64,000 bases of DNA, from contig NC_087436.1 in the NCBI RefSeq assembly GCF_036321535.1, positions 73,658,001 to 73,722,000 on the forward strand. Reading direction: 5' to 3'. Each line of letters begins with the position of its first letter. Positions within the stretch are counted from its first letter, which is position 1. Origin of the DNA: Camelus dromedarius. Taxonomy: Eukaryota. The notes beneath the pieces were generated by a model that was not told where the DNA came from, searched no databases, and worked only from the letters and a program-made list of their open reading frames with translations. The translations under genes were made by a program, and so were the position numbers. Positions 1 to 12,713 of the stretch are shown piece by piece.

Positions 1-1050
1 ACAAACAACAAAAGAAAAAAAATTGGACTTTTTTTAAAATTAAGAACTTTTTTGTATCAGACGACACTACCAAGAAAGTGAAAAGATGACCCATAAAATC
101 AGAGAAAATATTTGCAAATCATATGTCTGATAATGGCTTAATATCTAGAATATATCTTAAAAAACAACTCAACAATAAAAAGACAACCCAATTAAAAGAT
201 GGATAAAGGATTTGAATAGACATTTCTCCAAGGAAGATACGCAAAGTTCAATAAGCACAAGAAAAGATGCTCAACATCATTAGTTTCTAAGGAAATGCAA
301 AGCAAAACTATTAAAAGATATTTCACACCCAGTAGAATGGCTATAAAAGTTTTTTTAATGGAAAATAACAAATGTTGGTGAGGATGTGGAGAAGTTGGAA
401 CCCTCATACATTGTTAGTAGGAATGTAAAATGATATAGCCACTGTGGAAAACAGTTTGGCAGCCCCCCTAAAAGTTAAACTTAATTTTACCATGTGGTCT
501 AGCAGTTGCACTCCTGGGAATACATCCAAGAGAACTGAAAACATATGTTTACACACAAAGTTGTATATGAATGTTCATAGTGACATTATTCATTATAGCC
601 AAAAAGTGGAAATAATCCAAATGTCTATCAACTGATGAATGGATAAACAAAATGTGATATATCCATATAATGGAATATTATCCAGCTATAAAAAGAAATT
701 TTGAAAACTGACACATGCTGTAACATGGATGAACCTTGAAAACGTACTAAATGAAAGAATCTGGATCCCAAAAGCCATGTATCAAACTATTTGTATGAAA
801 TGTCCAGAATAGGCAAATTCGTAGAAACAGAAAGCAAATTAATGGTTGCCAGGGATTGACAGAGAAGGAAATGAGAAGGGGGAGTGACTGCTAATGGGTA
901 TGGGTTTCTTTTTAGGGTGATGAAAATGTTCTAAAATTAGACGACGATAACAGTTACACAGGCTTGTGAATATACTAAAAAAGCACAGAGCCGCACATTT
1001 TAAATGGGTAAATTATATGGTATGTGAATTATATCTCAAAAAAAGTAATA
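1..1050 (+). mobile_element. old L1M ORF2 end and 3'UTR
   Basis: typical L1 3' motifs (gacatttctccaaggaag, gatgaatggataaac, atggatgaaccttgaaaac). Confidence 0.85.
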
Positions 1051-1164
1051 ATATTTGAAAAGGCCTCTGGACCACTAAAGAAATAGGGTGAGGGTATACA
1101 GGACCTCCTTGTACATTTTTTGGTAACTCTTTGTGAATCTATAATTATTTAAAAATTAAAAAAA

Positions 1165-2003
1165 AATTTATTGAAGTATAGTTGGTTTACAATGTGTTGG
1201 TTTCTTGTGTACAGCATAGTGTACAGTTCATTATATATATATACATATATATTTTCTTTCATATTCTTTTTCATTATACATTATTGCAAGATATTGAATA
1301 TAGTTCCCTGTGCTATACAGTAGGATCTTGTTGTTTATCTATTTTATATATAGCACCTAGTATCAGCAAATTCCAAACTCCTAATTTATCCCTCCCCCTC
1401 CTTTCCCCTTTGGTAACCACAAGTTTGTTTTCTATGTCTATGAGTCTGTTTTATAAATAAGTTCATTTGTGTCATTTTTTTTTGGATTCCACAAATAAGT
1501 GATATCATGTATTTGTCTTTCTCTGACTTACTTTACTTAGGTCCATCCATATTGCTGCAAATGGCATTATTTAATTATTTTTTATGGCTGAGTAGTATTC
1601 CATTATATATATATCTCACATCTTCTTCATCCAGTAATTCATCAGTGGACATTTCCATGTCTTGGCTATTGTAAATAGTGCTGCTATGAGCATTGGGGTA
1701 TATGTATCTTTTTGAATTAGAGTTCCCTCTGTATGTATGCCCAGGACTGGGATTACTGGATCATACAATAACTCTATTTTTCAGTTTAAAAAAAAATCTC
1801 CATACTGTTTTCCATAGTGGCTGCACCAATTTATATTCCCACCAACAGTGTAGGAGGGTCCCTTTTTTTCCACATCCTCTCCAGCATTTATTATTTGAGG
1901 ACTTTTAATGATGGCCATTCTGGTGTGAAGTGATATTTTGATTTACATTTCTCTGATAATTAGCAATCTTTTCTCTGATAACTGAGCATCTTTTCATGTG
2001 CCT
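1165..2003 (-). mobile_element. younger L1 3' fragment
   Basis: reverse L1 3'UTR (tttattgaagtatagttg...ccctttggtaacc...cccaccaacagtgtagg). Confidence 0.88.
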
Positions 2004-2357
2004 ATAAAATTTTTTAAAATAATACTTTGGGAATGAGAATTGCAAAAGCCTTCCTGTTCTGGACACTCTTCATTACTTTGTGGCTATCTTTGATAGAACT
2101 GTAAGGGATAGCACATCTAATAGTTCTTCCTGTAAGAAGTTTATCTTCCTCATTCAGTTGGTCTTCAGTCTTCTCTGCCAACCCCTTTCTATACGAAAAA
2201 TTCATGTTGCTCAAGTACTTTTCTAGTTTCTGCCATTTATGAGCATTGCCAATAATTTTGCTTGAGTAGAGAGCAAAATAATAAGGGAGGAGACCAAAGG
2301 GTGGGAAGTAAAATACTTGCTATGTGTCAGAAGTGACAGGATAAGGAGTGCCTTTAC

Positions 2358-2445
2358 CTGAATGATCACTGTCTATGATCCTAAAAATGGTCTCCAGGTT
2401 GGATCGGTTTCGATACAGTGTTTCCAGCAAACTTGACTGTATGTT
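2358..2445 (-). CDS. PPEF2: PPEF2 exon 16 NIQSSLLETLYRNRSNLETIFRIIDSDHS (EF-hand start)
   Basis: tgcag| and |gtaaag, 88 nt. Confidence 0.95.
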
Positions 2446-2849
2446 CTGCAAGAAAAAATTCTTATTCCTTCTTTTATGTTTAGGCTTCTCAATATATAAT
2501 TAACATAAAATCAACCCTGACAATAAGACTCCTGAAAGAACCTGAAGATGTTTTATGATCCCTCACCCCAACTCCCTCCAGCCTACTAAATAATCTAGCA
2601 GTTTAAGAAGCACCTACCCCATGATGAAACGTTCTAAAATTGACCATGGTGGTGGTTACACATATCTGCAAATATACTAAAAACCATCAAACTTTACACT
2701 TTAAATGGATGAGTTGCATGATATATATGATTTATATTGCAATAAAGCAGTTTGTTGTTTTTTTTTTTTAAAGTACATAACCCAAGTTCTCACATACATT
2801 ACACATAAGTATTTTTGAACAAATACCTTTTTGAATGGGGGAAGCAGCA

Positions 2850-3070
2850 CTGCATCAAAGAAGTCAGACAGACCTGGGTTTGAGTCCTAGGTTCTATAAT
2901 TTAGAAACTCTATTATCCTAGGCAGGTTACTTAACCCCTGTGAGCAGTGTTCTCACAGGTATACTGGTGCTGATTACAACCTACCTCTCTGGGTGGTTTT
3001 GTGGGTCAACAGAGGCAACATATGTAAATCACTTAACACAAAATTTGATACGTAGAAATTCAACAAACAG
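2850..3070 (+). mobile_element. MIR SINE
   Basis: agtcagacagacctgggtttgagtcct..ggcaggttacttaacc core. Confidence 0.7.
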
Positions 3071-3195
3071 TTGTTCCCTTTTCTCATTCATCTCCCCTTT
3101 GGGATTCTCAATATTTGGCTGTTTCTGATTCGAAGTTCTCATAAGGGGCTTGAAGGCCCATAATATGCTCTCGACCACCATTTTCATACCATTAC

Positions 3196-3359
3196 CTCAT
3201 GGCTCAATTTTTCTTTGGCCAAGTTCTCCAGCCAGGACTTGTACTCCAGCATGTTATCTGTTTGGCTGTTCACCAGCTGCGGCCGCAGCATCCGCCATGG
3301 CAGTCCCAGATGCAACACAGACTCCACAGCTGCTGCCCAGTCACTCAAGGTGACTAAAC
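3196..3359 (-). CDS. PPEF2: PPEF2 exon 15 GLVTLSDWAAAVESVLHLGLPW...LSHE
   Basis: tgcag| and |gtaatg, 164 nt. Confidence 0.95.
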
Positions 3360-3521
3360 CTGCAGGAAAGAGCTCACTTGTTGACTTGTCATGTATAAAT
3401 TTGGTTTCGTGCCCAAGAATGCATTCCTTTTTATCCTGACATTCTTCTTACTATCTGTAGGTGACAGAAATAATGGGCACTGTCATTATTTTTGTTGCTC
3501 ATGGTAGGGTTGTTTGGAAAA

Positions 3522-3702
3522 TTGGATTGCCAGATAAAATACAGGATGCCCAGTAGGTCTGAATTTCAGACAGACCACAAAAGTATAAGTGTGTCCCAAA
3601 TATTGCATGGGACATACTTATATTTAGAAACTATTTGTTGCCTATCTATAATTCAAATTTAATTAGGCATCCTGTTTTTGTTTGCTAAATCTGGTAATAC
3701 TA
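3522..3702. mobile_element. MER53 palindromic MITE
   Basis: ttgccagataaaatacagg...tataagtgtgtcccaaatattgcatgggacatacttata...aaatctggtaa; degenerate 8-bp TSD ttggaaaa/ttggaagt. Confidence 0.88.
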
Positions 3703-4297
3703 TTGGAAGTCACAGAAGACTCTTGTAAACAATATCATAAAACATTATATAATATAGCTCTATATTGATACAGAGATATATAGCATTGGTTGTTTATGTG
3801 TATGAAAAGATATTGCTATGACTTTATGACTGTTCCTGCTATTTTTCAATAGGGCTACATTGTAGTCAATGTCCATTAGACATTCCATTGAGTTGAGAAA
3901 AGACAAAATTTTCAGCTCAGATAATAGAACGCAGAACAGATAAGTACACACGTAACAACAAGAAACCAAATCATTGATCTTTTGTTAGTCTTGGATCCAC
4001 TCTTGTAACTTGTCCCCCCATTGCTTTTTGCTTAGTTCTGGCCTTGTCACCTTTCCCTTGACTCCATTTTTTTCACTATTTTCATTTATATTTAGCCAAG
4101 TTCACATTCTGTTAAAAGCTTAGAATTTAAAAATTTAGAAACGACAACTAGGATGTTAAGTTGAATAAAATGGAGGAAGTAGTCAAAGAAGTCTTCTGGT
4201 CATTTGGTCCTTAAATATTTATTTGCTAACAAATGCAAGACAGAGATTTTTTGGCCAGCTTCCTTCCTCTATGAATATTTTACTTGATTAGTCTTAC

Positions 4298-4404
4298 CAG
4301 TTTTATCTTTGTCATGCTTCTTAAATTCAATGAGAAGATCTGAGGAATGGGCAAATAACTTTTCCCGCAGGGCTCTCAGAGCTGACACCTCCACTCTGCT
4401 AATC
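4298..4404 (-). CDS. PPEF2: PPEF2 exon 14 ISRVEVSALRALREKLF...HDKDKT
   Basis: cccag| and |gtaaga, 107 nt. Confidence 0.95.
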
Positions 4405-7127
4405 CTGGGACAGGAGACAAAAAGGAGCATTTAAAAAAATTAGTGTAAAAGAAAGTCATGGGTTTTCACCAGATTTTGCCTATCTCTTTCTTAATGTCTC
4501 AGCTTCCCAAGAGCTCTCAGGTTTTGAGGGAGGAGCTCCATCTCTTACATTCCCCCAGTGCTCGCCTGCATTTCCCTGTTGTGCACAAAGAGGGCCGGTC
4601 TGGGGATGCTGCTGTCCTTCCCAGGGCAGGATAGTGGTTAGAGCAGAAGTTCTAGAGAAACACCACTTTTGTGGTCGTTACCTAATTACGCTGTACTTCA
4701 TTTTCTCTGTCTGCAAAATAGGGATAAACATGGTACCTCACCCATAGGATTATTGTGAAGATTGAATAAGTAAATTCATATAAAGTACTCAGAAGAACAC
4801 CTGGGACATAAGAAAGCACTCGACAAATGGTATTAGCAAAATCATATGCTTTTCTTGTAATTTATTATTTTGTTAAAAAGTCACAAGGCAGGATTTATGA
4901 ATAACAAAATAACACTAGTTTAGTTTTCTTATTCTTACTGAGTCAACAGAGTAATGAGGGGCACAGTACTTGGCCCCAAATAAGTGTTCAGTAAATATCT
5001 GTAGTTGAATGAACAAGAAGATAAAAAGAGATAAAAGGTAAATATATACTTTGTCCGTTCTCATAGAGGAAGCAGCCTTCTATAAATGATAACCAGATAG
5101 CCTATCTTTTCCAGTGCTAAGAGTTTTAAAAAAACAACCCAACCAACAAAAACACCCCAGTTCAGTCATGTTTGATGAAAGTTTTCCTTGAAGTTTAAGG
5201 TACTTAGCATAATATTCTCCATAGACATCCCCCCCACCCCCCGGAAAAGTGTGAGCTGCACAAAGCTCATCTCAAATTTTATGGGTATGGGAATGTTTCT
5301 GATTTTTCTGGAGAGTTTGTTGTTTCATCAGAGGCTAAAAGAAGTATGGGACTCTCCCCCCCAAAAAAAGGTTAAGTCCCACTGGTTTGGCAAAGCATTT
5401 AAACCATTTCTGGTAAATTGTAGTCACTGATGTTTATCACGCAGGGATGTAGTACAGCAGTGCCCTTGGGAGCCATCTGGATGCACAGGGCTCTCTGTGC
5501 CTACGTCAGGCAGCACGTGTTGAGCACTTACTGGAATTGCAGAGCTCTGCATGGATCATCTGACTAATCCTCCAACACCACTGAGGTAGGTATGACTGCT
5601 GTGCCTCGTACAGGGTAACTGACTAGCCCAATGTCACATAGCTAATAAGGGGTGAGGCCAGGAATCAATCTTGACAGGTAGACTCCAGGATGGCTACACT
5701 GTTATCCTGAGATGTGGATTTAAACCATAAGTAAATGGATTCTGAATGAGGGTTCCTCTAGGAAAAACATGTGATCTTGAGTTTGTGGCCGTTGAGACCT
5801 CAGTTGTTGCTGGTCAGAGACATTTCCCCGCTTGTTTCTAAGTTCTCTGTTGTGGTCCAGATAGTTGAAGCTGTTGGACAAGTGAGTTCTGGGTAAATCA
5901 GAAGATGTTGTAGTTGCTTTAAGTGAATTTCAAAAAACTGAGTGCTCTTTAATTATGTTATTTAAACATGTTATTTATAGGATTCCCTAGAGTGACTCCT
6001 TTTGTAGTGACAATACCTAAGTCACATGGAATAATGGCATTCCAGGTGCCTGGGGCCCACTCCTGAAGATTTTAACTCTAATTTGCTGGGATGAGGCTCA
6101 GATGGCTGATTTTTTTATAAAGTGCCAGAGATGATTCTGCTGCATAGTAGGTTTGACTATCATTTGATGAGTTTAAATTTTCACATAATACTTCTTTTTG
6201 AGTGATGCTAGCCTTGATTGTGTATTAACTTGAGTGTTTAATAACTTGAGTGATTTAAAATAATGCACTCTTACAGCACTCACACAAGACAGATGCTAAA
6301 TACTTTTTCCACTAGATTTATGCTAACTTTGTTTTGATTTCTAATTGCGTTTGATAATTAAAGGAGTTTGTTCAGCAGCACAACAACTGTATCTTTTAGC
6401 AGTTTATATACTCTGGGGCCACCTTCTCAGTGGGAGGCAGTACTGCAGAGTTGCTAAGTATGTGAGTTCTGAAATAAGACTGCCTGGGTCAAGGCTCACA
6501 TTCACAGCTTATTAGCTGTGTGACCAGTGGCCAGTGGATTTAACCTTTGCTCCTTAATGATCTCATCTGTAAAACTTATTTAGTAACACTGTGTATTTCA
6601 TAAATTCAAGTGAAACAATATATAAATTCTTTATAGTAACACTTTGTGTGTGGTAAACTCTCAAGGAAAGTTAGAGCTCATAATCATCTCAACAGAAGCC
6701 ATTTAGTAATAGTATATGCTTCCTTCCCAGAAAGAAAGGAGCATTGTTAACAAATGTATGCACTGAAATCCATCTGCCAAGTCCCCAGATAGTGAAAAAA
6801 GCCTTGTCTGTCTGATGAGAGAAAACAGAAGAGTGACCCTGAAAAGACTCAGTAGCCTGTTATGTGGACTTTACCCAAGACATACCCACTGCTAATAATT
6901 TCTGTCACTTCCATTGAGGATGGGTGGGTAGAGATTTGAGAGCATACGGAGAAGAAAGAGGAGCCCCTGTTATAATGTCTATTCTAGATCCTACTGCTGA
7001 CATAGCTAAGTTTTGAATTCTGACTTAGAATCTGGATAAATGTAATGACATTTGAGCTTCAAATCTTCCACCAACACTATAATTCTGGTTTTTTTTTTCC
7101 TGAAAATCATTCATTGAAAAGTCTTGC

Positions 7128-7270
7128 CTCTGCCTCATGGTGAGCTTGTGAGTCGCCTTGTTAGCTTGAAACTGCACGATGTGTGGGGTCAAAGCTGGCC
7201 CCAGTTTGACATAGGCTCCTCTGTTACTGCCAACTTCATAGTAGTTGGAGGCAGAAAAGATGGTTAACAC
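7128..7270 (-). CDS. PPEF2: PPEF2 exon 13 [11 protein letters not shown]...LTMRQ
   Basis: ttag| acceptor; donor AG|gcaaga (GC) required by phase, 143 nt. Confidence 0.93.
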
Positions 7271-8381
7271 CTAAACCAAAACAGAAGAGAGACAGGCATT
7301 CAGGTTCAGTGAAGAACTCTTCATCCTCAATCCAGTAGGGCCCAACCCAGTTTTGGGGGTGGCTGTTCCTTCTTGACCTCATTTATGTTTGTTTGTTCAT
7401 TTAGTCATTAATGCTAGTAGGGCAGGAATTGTGACTCAAGTAGTAAAACCTTGAATTAGGACATCCACAGCACGTTTTCTTCACATCTTTATCGCCAGGA
7501 AAAATAGCAGGGAGTGATAGAAAACTCTTCATTTGGTTCAACTCAGAAGCAAGCTGGGTCTGATACACCGGGATGGTCATTACAACTAGCAGGCAGATCA
7601 ATTATTAAAGCTGGGGTGAAGCCTCCAGGCAGAGTTCCTACGGAGTGTTGTGCCTCCTCAGATGCTCCATGATAAAGTTTCCATTGTCCATACAATTGGG
7701 AAAAGCTGGACACTGTGTCTCTTCTTGGAGATTTACAGTGAATACAGGAAATTAAAGGTTCTCAGAAGCCCTGCAGTAAAGAAACTTATACAACTGTTTA
7801 ACATTCCTGTTAAACATTTCTTGCACTGGTTGATCTCAAGCTTTTTTCCCTGCATGGAGACCTGTAATTCTCCTGCAGAGTTAGTATTCTTGGGAATACT
7901 TTCATCCTAGAGGCATTAGGCTAAACAAACAGTGTAGGGTTTGGAGATGCCCAAAGACTTAGTCAGGATGTTAACTGGGTTCCTGAGAAGACAAGTGATC
8001 TGAGTCCCTGCCTGGGGCAGAGTGCAGAGATCCTGTGATCCTGCAGTGTAGTTTGAGACACGTGACAGTAAGCAATGTGACAAAGAATAGACATGTGGCT
8101 GGGAAAACACAGGGCTGTGTCCATCCATGAAGCGGGACCCTATCTGCCCCTTACTTTCCTCTCAGGGTATTGGTAAACGGTGGCCTCAATCAAATTTTAA
8201 GTTTTAAAGAGGCTACCAAAGTCAAGGATAAATGACTGGAAAGGGTCTAGTTGCTTTGAGCAAGTGGGTTAGGAAACACAAGGCACAGCTGATCGTGAGG
8301 AGCCGAGAGCCTTAGCTCATCCGTCCACACCTGGGAGGGGCCGTTGGGACCGCACTTGTGCTGCGGCCGGCATCCACTCAC

Positions 8382-8567
8382 CTTGCGGTTGTGGCAGAAT
8401 TCGTAGCCTTCGGGTTTGCACTCGTGTGAGCGGATCAGGAATTGCAGACTGTATTTCTGTAGCAGCCGTTCTGTCACGTTAGGCCCAAAATAACAGCCTC
8501 CCCCTCGGACAGTGTTGGCTTTGCAGCCCTCCTGAGCCATGGGGTCACTCCACAGTATATCCACCAC
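8382..8567 (-). CDS. PPEF2: PPEF2 exon 12 VVDILWSDP...RSHE...HNRK
   Basis: tacag| and |gtgagt, 186 nt. Confidence 0.96.
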
Positions 8568-9924
8568 CTGTAGAGACCAAGACAGGGTTCCTTCCTAGAA
8601 ACTAGACAGACAGTCAGAGTGACTCTTATGGAAAGAGGAAAAAGAGGAGAAGAGGAAACTATTTGAATAAAAATAAGTGAATAACTTTCCATGCCATCAA
8701 TATTTGACATACATTTATATTTTGGAACCCTGAGGTTCTAGGCTCTTTTATTACTCACAAAGTGAGTGTCTGTGCACATTGTTTGACAAATATGTGCCAC
8801 TGCCTTGAAAATAAATCATTTGTGAAGGCTCAACACATAAAACAGACAAAAAGGGAGCAGCTCTGGTAGAAGCTTTGATCACAGCCAGTAACCTTCAGTC
8901 AGCCTGTGCTCCAGGCTCCTGGACATTTGCCCCAAAGAGAAGGCAGAAGTCCTGGGGCTGGCAAAACAGTCTCTCATGCAGCGTCACAAGGTCCCAGATG
9001 TGGTCCTGGGAAAGTGCATCTGAGTATTTTATTTCTTAAAATAATTTCCAAAAATTTTAAAGAATTTGCAGAAGAGCTGAGCCATTTTCCTAGCAAAGCA
9101 GATTCTACCCTATTGTTACAACACTGACAGCCAGTCTTGTTCAACACACATAAAATAACTGGATGTATTTGTTTAAGAAAACAACTACATTTGATTTATA
9201 AATACCAGCACATTATTATTGAGTCATAGTTTGCAAAAGGAGAGACTTGCATTGTAAAATTTCAATTCTCAGTTGATGTTGAAGTCCAGATGGATAATTC
9301 AGGGAGCATGTAACCTAACTCACCATCTCTCTTGACGGAGGTTTCTACCCTCAGTCAGCTGTGACTCGTCCTTCCTCACCACCCTCCCCATCCAATCAGT
9401 GAGTTCTGCTAATTTTAGCTCTTAAATAATTCTGAACTCTCTTCTCTTTATTGAATGAAGCTTTAGTTGCCATTTTTATAGGTCAAAAGTGGTTGAACAC
9501 CACCACCAAGTTCACGTAGTTTTGTTAACACTACTACACAAGATCACCGGCATCATCTCCCATCTGGACCACAGCAGTCTCCCTGCCAGTCTTGCCCCAG
9601 TGAAATGTGCCCTCCATTTGGCCGCCAGAGTCATCGATTTGGGCCAGTACTGTGCATGCCTACTGAATATCCATTCTTCTTTCTCTTCCTTGCTAACAGA
9701 ACACTTACTGGGGTATTTGGCATGGCAGTGTGCCTGGCTAAATACTTGCTTTCCCACTCTCCCTTGCAGCTAGGGGGTGCCATGTGATGCAGCTCCGAAG
9801 ATTTTGGGAAAGCCTTTAGTTGCCTGAAAACAGAATAGAATCTGCTGAAGCCCTTTTGACCTTGAGCCACAGTGGCCATCTTTCTGACATATATATGTCA
9901 AATATATATTATGTATATTAGCAG

Positions 9925-9926
<2 letters not shown>

Positions 9927-10012
<86 letters not shown>
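9927..10012. repeat. (AT)43 perfect microsatellite
   Basis: direct count, 86 bp. Confidence 0.97.
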
Positions 10013-10015
<3 letters not shown>

Positions 10016-10316
10016 CATCCAATAAAGGGTGGCTTACCTTCTTACCCAATAATGCTAGCTCACTAAACCAAGTCTACTCAGGCAATAGAGCCCACCTGCT
10101 TCATCTTCCCATCCTTTATAAAACTCTAAAGTCTATGAGTCATTAGGCAAAGACCAGTTTCCTTCTGGGGTGTTCTAACCTGAGGGAAAGAGAGAAAGAG
10201 GGGCGGGGAAGAAAACACTGAATTTACATGGAAGGAGGAAATTGTTCGCTTTTGGAAATCCTTGGTCCCTCCCGACGGCGGCCGAATTGCCGGGAGCAGC
10301 GCCTGGCCGCACGCAC

Positions 10317-10691
10317 CTGCCTCCACTCCTCCTGCGTGGGCTCCAGCTGCTCCTCCGCTTCCGATGCCGAGGGCACGGGCTCCTCCTTCTCCTCGATCGC
10401 TGGGAAGCCCGCTTGCTGCCGGCACCTCTCCAGCTCCAGGTCCACGGAGCGCCGCACCTGCCGGGAGAGCTCCTTGGGGTCCGGGGCGACGCTGCAGGGG
10501 ACGCTGGAGGAGCGCCCAGCTCTGGCGGCCTTGTGGGCGCTGGGGTGGAGAGGCGAGGAGGGGAGAGAGCGACTTTGGGGGAGAAACCACGGGGAGGGTC
10601 TCCCGGCAGAGCTCATCTGGTTGTTTTTCCCCTTCTCCTCCGCCGGTTTCTTATTCTCCTTTCTCGTTTTGCATCTCAAGGTGGAAACGAT
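10317..10691 (-). CDS. PPEF2: PPEF2 exon 11, large insert in the catalytic domain
   Basis: tttcag| and |gtgcgt, 375 nt; IVSTLRCKTR...PTQEEWRQ in ORF 10224-10754. Confidence 0.95.
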
Positions 10692-12221
10692 CTGAAAATG
10701 TCCAGAAGAGATACAGATGTTGGAATAAAACCGTTGCTCCTTTCTGAGCAGCATTTTGGCATCAAGTCAGCGCTCCTCACTCTGGGCTCCATGGTTTGTC
10801 CGGGCCCATGGCAAGGACAGCACAGAACTGGGTGTAAGCCTTTGGAAGCTTTTGTAGCAATTTGATATTGCCGACATTCAAGCGCAAGGTCAGTGGGCTT
10901 ATATTTTTCGTTTGTATTTCATTTTTCTAGTAGCTCACTTTTATTGTATTTTACAAAAGCATTGATCTGTGACAAATTAGAAATTTATGAAACCTGATCT
11001 TCTACCACAGATAATTGGAGAAATGCTAACCTAGGTCATTGTTTCTAGGAACCTAGTGATTTTTAGATAAGGGTGAGAAGGGGCACCTGTCTCATCAAGG
11101 AGAGCCCGTATTGACTTTCCTGTTGTTCCACAGGTATGAAAGCAAAGCAAAGAAATGCAGCTTGTGGTTGAGAAATGTTGGGATGGGAAAAATTTGATGC
11201 TTGCTGGGGGATAGGCAGCACTTAATGGCAGTTTACAGGAGGTGCTATCTTACCTGCGGAGGAAGCCTGGCCCTAACTTGGAAGATACTCTTCTTGCCAA
11301 AGGGACTGAATGTGGTCCCTCTCTCTGACTCAGAATCATGGTAGTGGGACTAGACAGAGAATGGAGACACAAATGGAAAGAATTTTGACAGCAGGAGAGG
11401 GTCAGGTCACAGAGCAGAGCTGTGGCATCCAGCAAAAGGAGAGAGCAGCCGTCCCAGCGTGCCTGAGGGCCACAGGATCCACAGGGATATCAAGGTAAAG
11501 GTCTGATTCACAAAGGGAACTCTGTGCAAGTACGTAATCAAGGAGTGAGAACTTTCTGCAAATAGATCCAAGGACGGTGGTACGAGAAAGCCACGTCCCA
11601 GTGTGGACTGCCTACGGGCAGGAACAAAGACGGACACTCAGAGTGGCTCAGCAGTGCCTTACTGATGTTTGAAGAGGGTTCCAGATGGAAGAGAATAGAA
11701 CAGAGGTTATTCTCTGACGTTGGACAAGTACTAATTACTTCCTAGGCAGTTCAGCTCTGCGCACAGAGTGTGAAAGTCCTCAAGATGTGAACGGACTCAA
11801 CCACCTCCTTCTCTCCTCGTTGCTAAGTCACAGCAGGGGCCAGTCCATCGGTCTCACCCCACCAGGTAACTTCATTTTAAGGATGTACCTGCCTCAAGAG
11901 GCATCCCTGACTTTGGTTCTTTAGGAGAATTGTGTTGATATGTATAGAGAATAATGGTGTTAATATGTATTGAGCCTTTTCCAAAAAGGTGCCGTCTGGG
12001 CCCTTTATATGAATTCGTTGATTAGCCCTCACACCCCTGTGAGATGGCATCTTCATTTATAGCTTCACATGAATTAACTGCCCAGCCCTCACACCCCTAG
12101 GAGGCAGCATCCTCACCTATAATACAGGTAGGAAAACTGAGGCACAGAGATACTAAGACTGCACCAGGACGGAATCTGGATACCTGACTACGCAGCCCCT
12201 GTTTCTCTGAGTTTCTGAAAC

Positions 12222-12713
12222 TGTGGGTGACATTAGTGAAATCCATTTCACCTGTAACCTGCCTTCACTAATCAAGGTCATTTTAATTGTTGCTGCAGAC
12301 TTGCATGTCCTCCAAGCAGCACGGAGCCTAAACAATATGTTTGCCTGAGCTGTTTTTCAGGAACTTGGAGTCAGCTGCATCTAGTCTGAGCTGAACTAGT
12401 TAAGAGTGAATGGGACCACCCACCCTCCAACTGAGTATGTGCACATCCACTTGGCGACCTTCTGAACGTGCCTGTAGCCTAGTTACGCCTGCGCAAAACC
12501 ACGATTACTGCACCTTTTTCCAATCACCTTTCCCCATGCTCCCCACGCCTCAGACCGCCCTGCTTCTTTGTTACCCCATAAATACCCTGAGCCCCTTGCC
12601 TTCGGGGAGGCTGAGCTGAGATTTGTTCTCTGTCCCTCTCTTTGCTGCAGACCTTGGTGTCTCAGCCTCATAGCTTGCTATGCATCAGGCAAATGGAACC
12701 TGGTTCAGTAACA
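12222..12713 (+). mobile_element. 5' LTR of class I ERV (MER4/MER41-like group); left edge approximate
   Basis: CCAAT and cataaata TATA-like box; ends ...gtaaca followed by PBS-like aatctgccagccaggagg. Confidence 0.7.

Noticed and set aside
2014..2214. 66-aa minus ORF just downstream of PPEF2 exon 16 as a possible last exon
   Set aside because: No EF-hand continuation (expected FISLDEF..DFNKDG); no recognisable homology
10126..10865. Several long overlapping ORFs on both strands
   Set aside because: By-product of the GC-rich PPEF2 exon 11; only one frame fits the gene
12023..12122. About 40-bp imperfect direct repeat agccctcacacccct..gcatc
   Set aside because: Local duplication inside a MIR; two copies only, not an array
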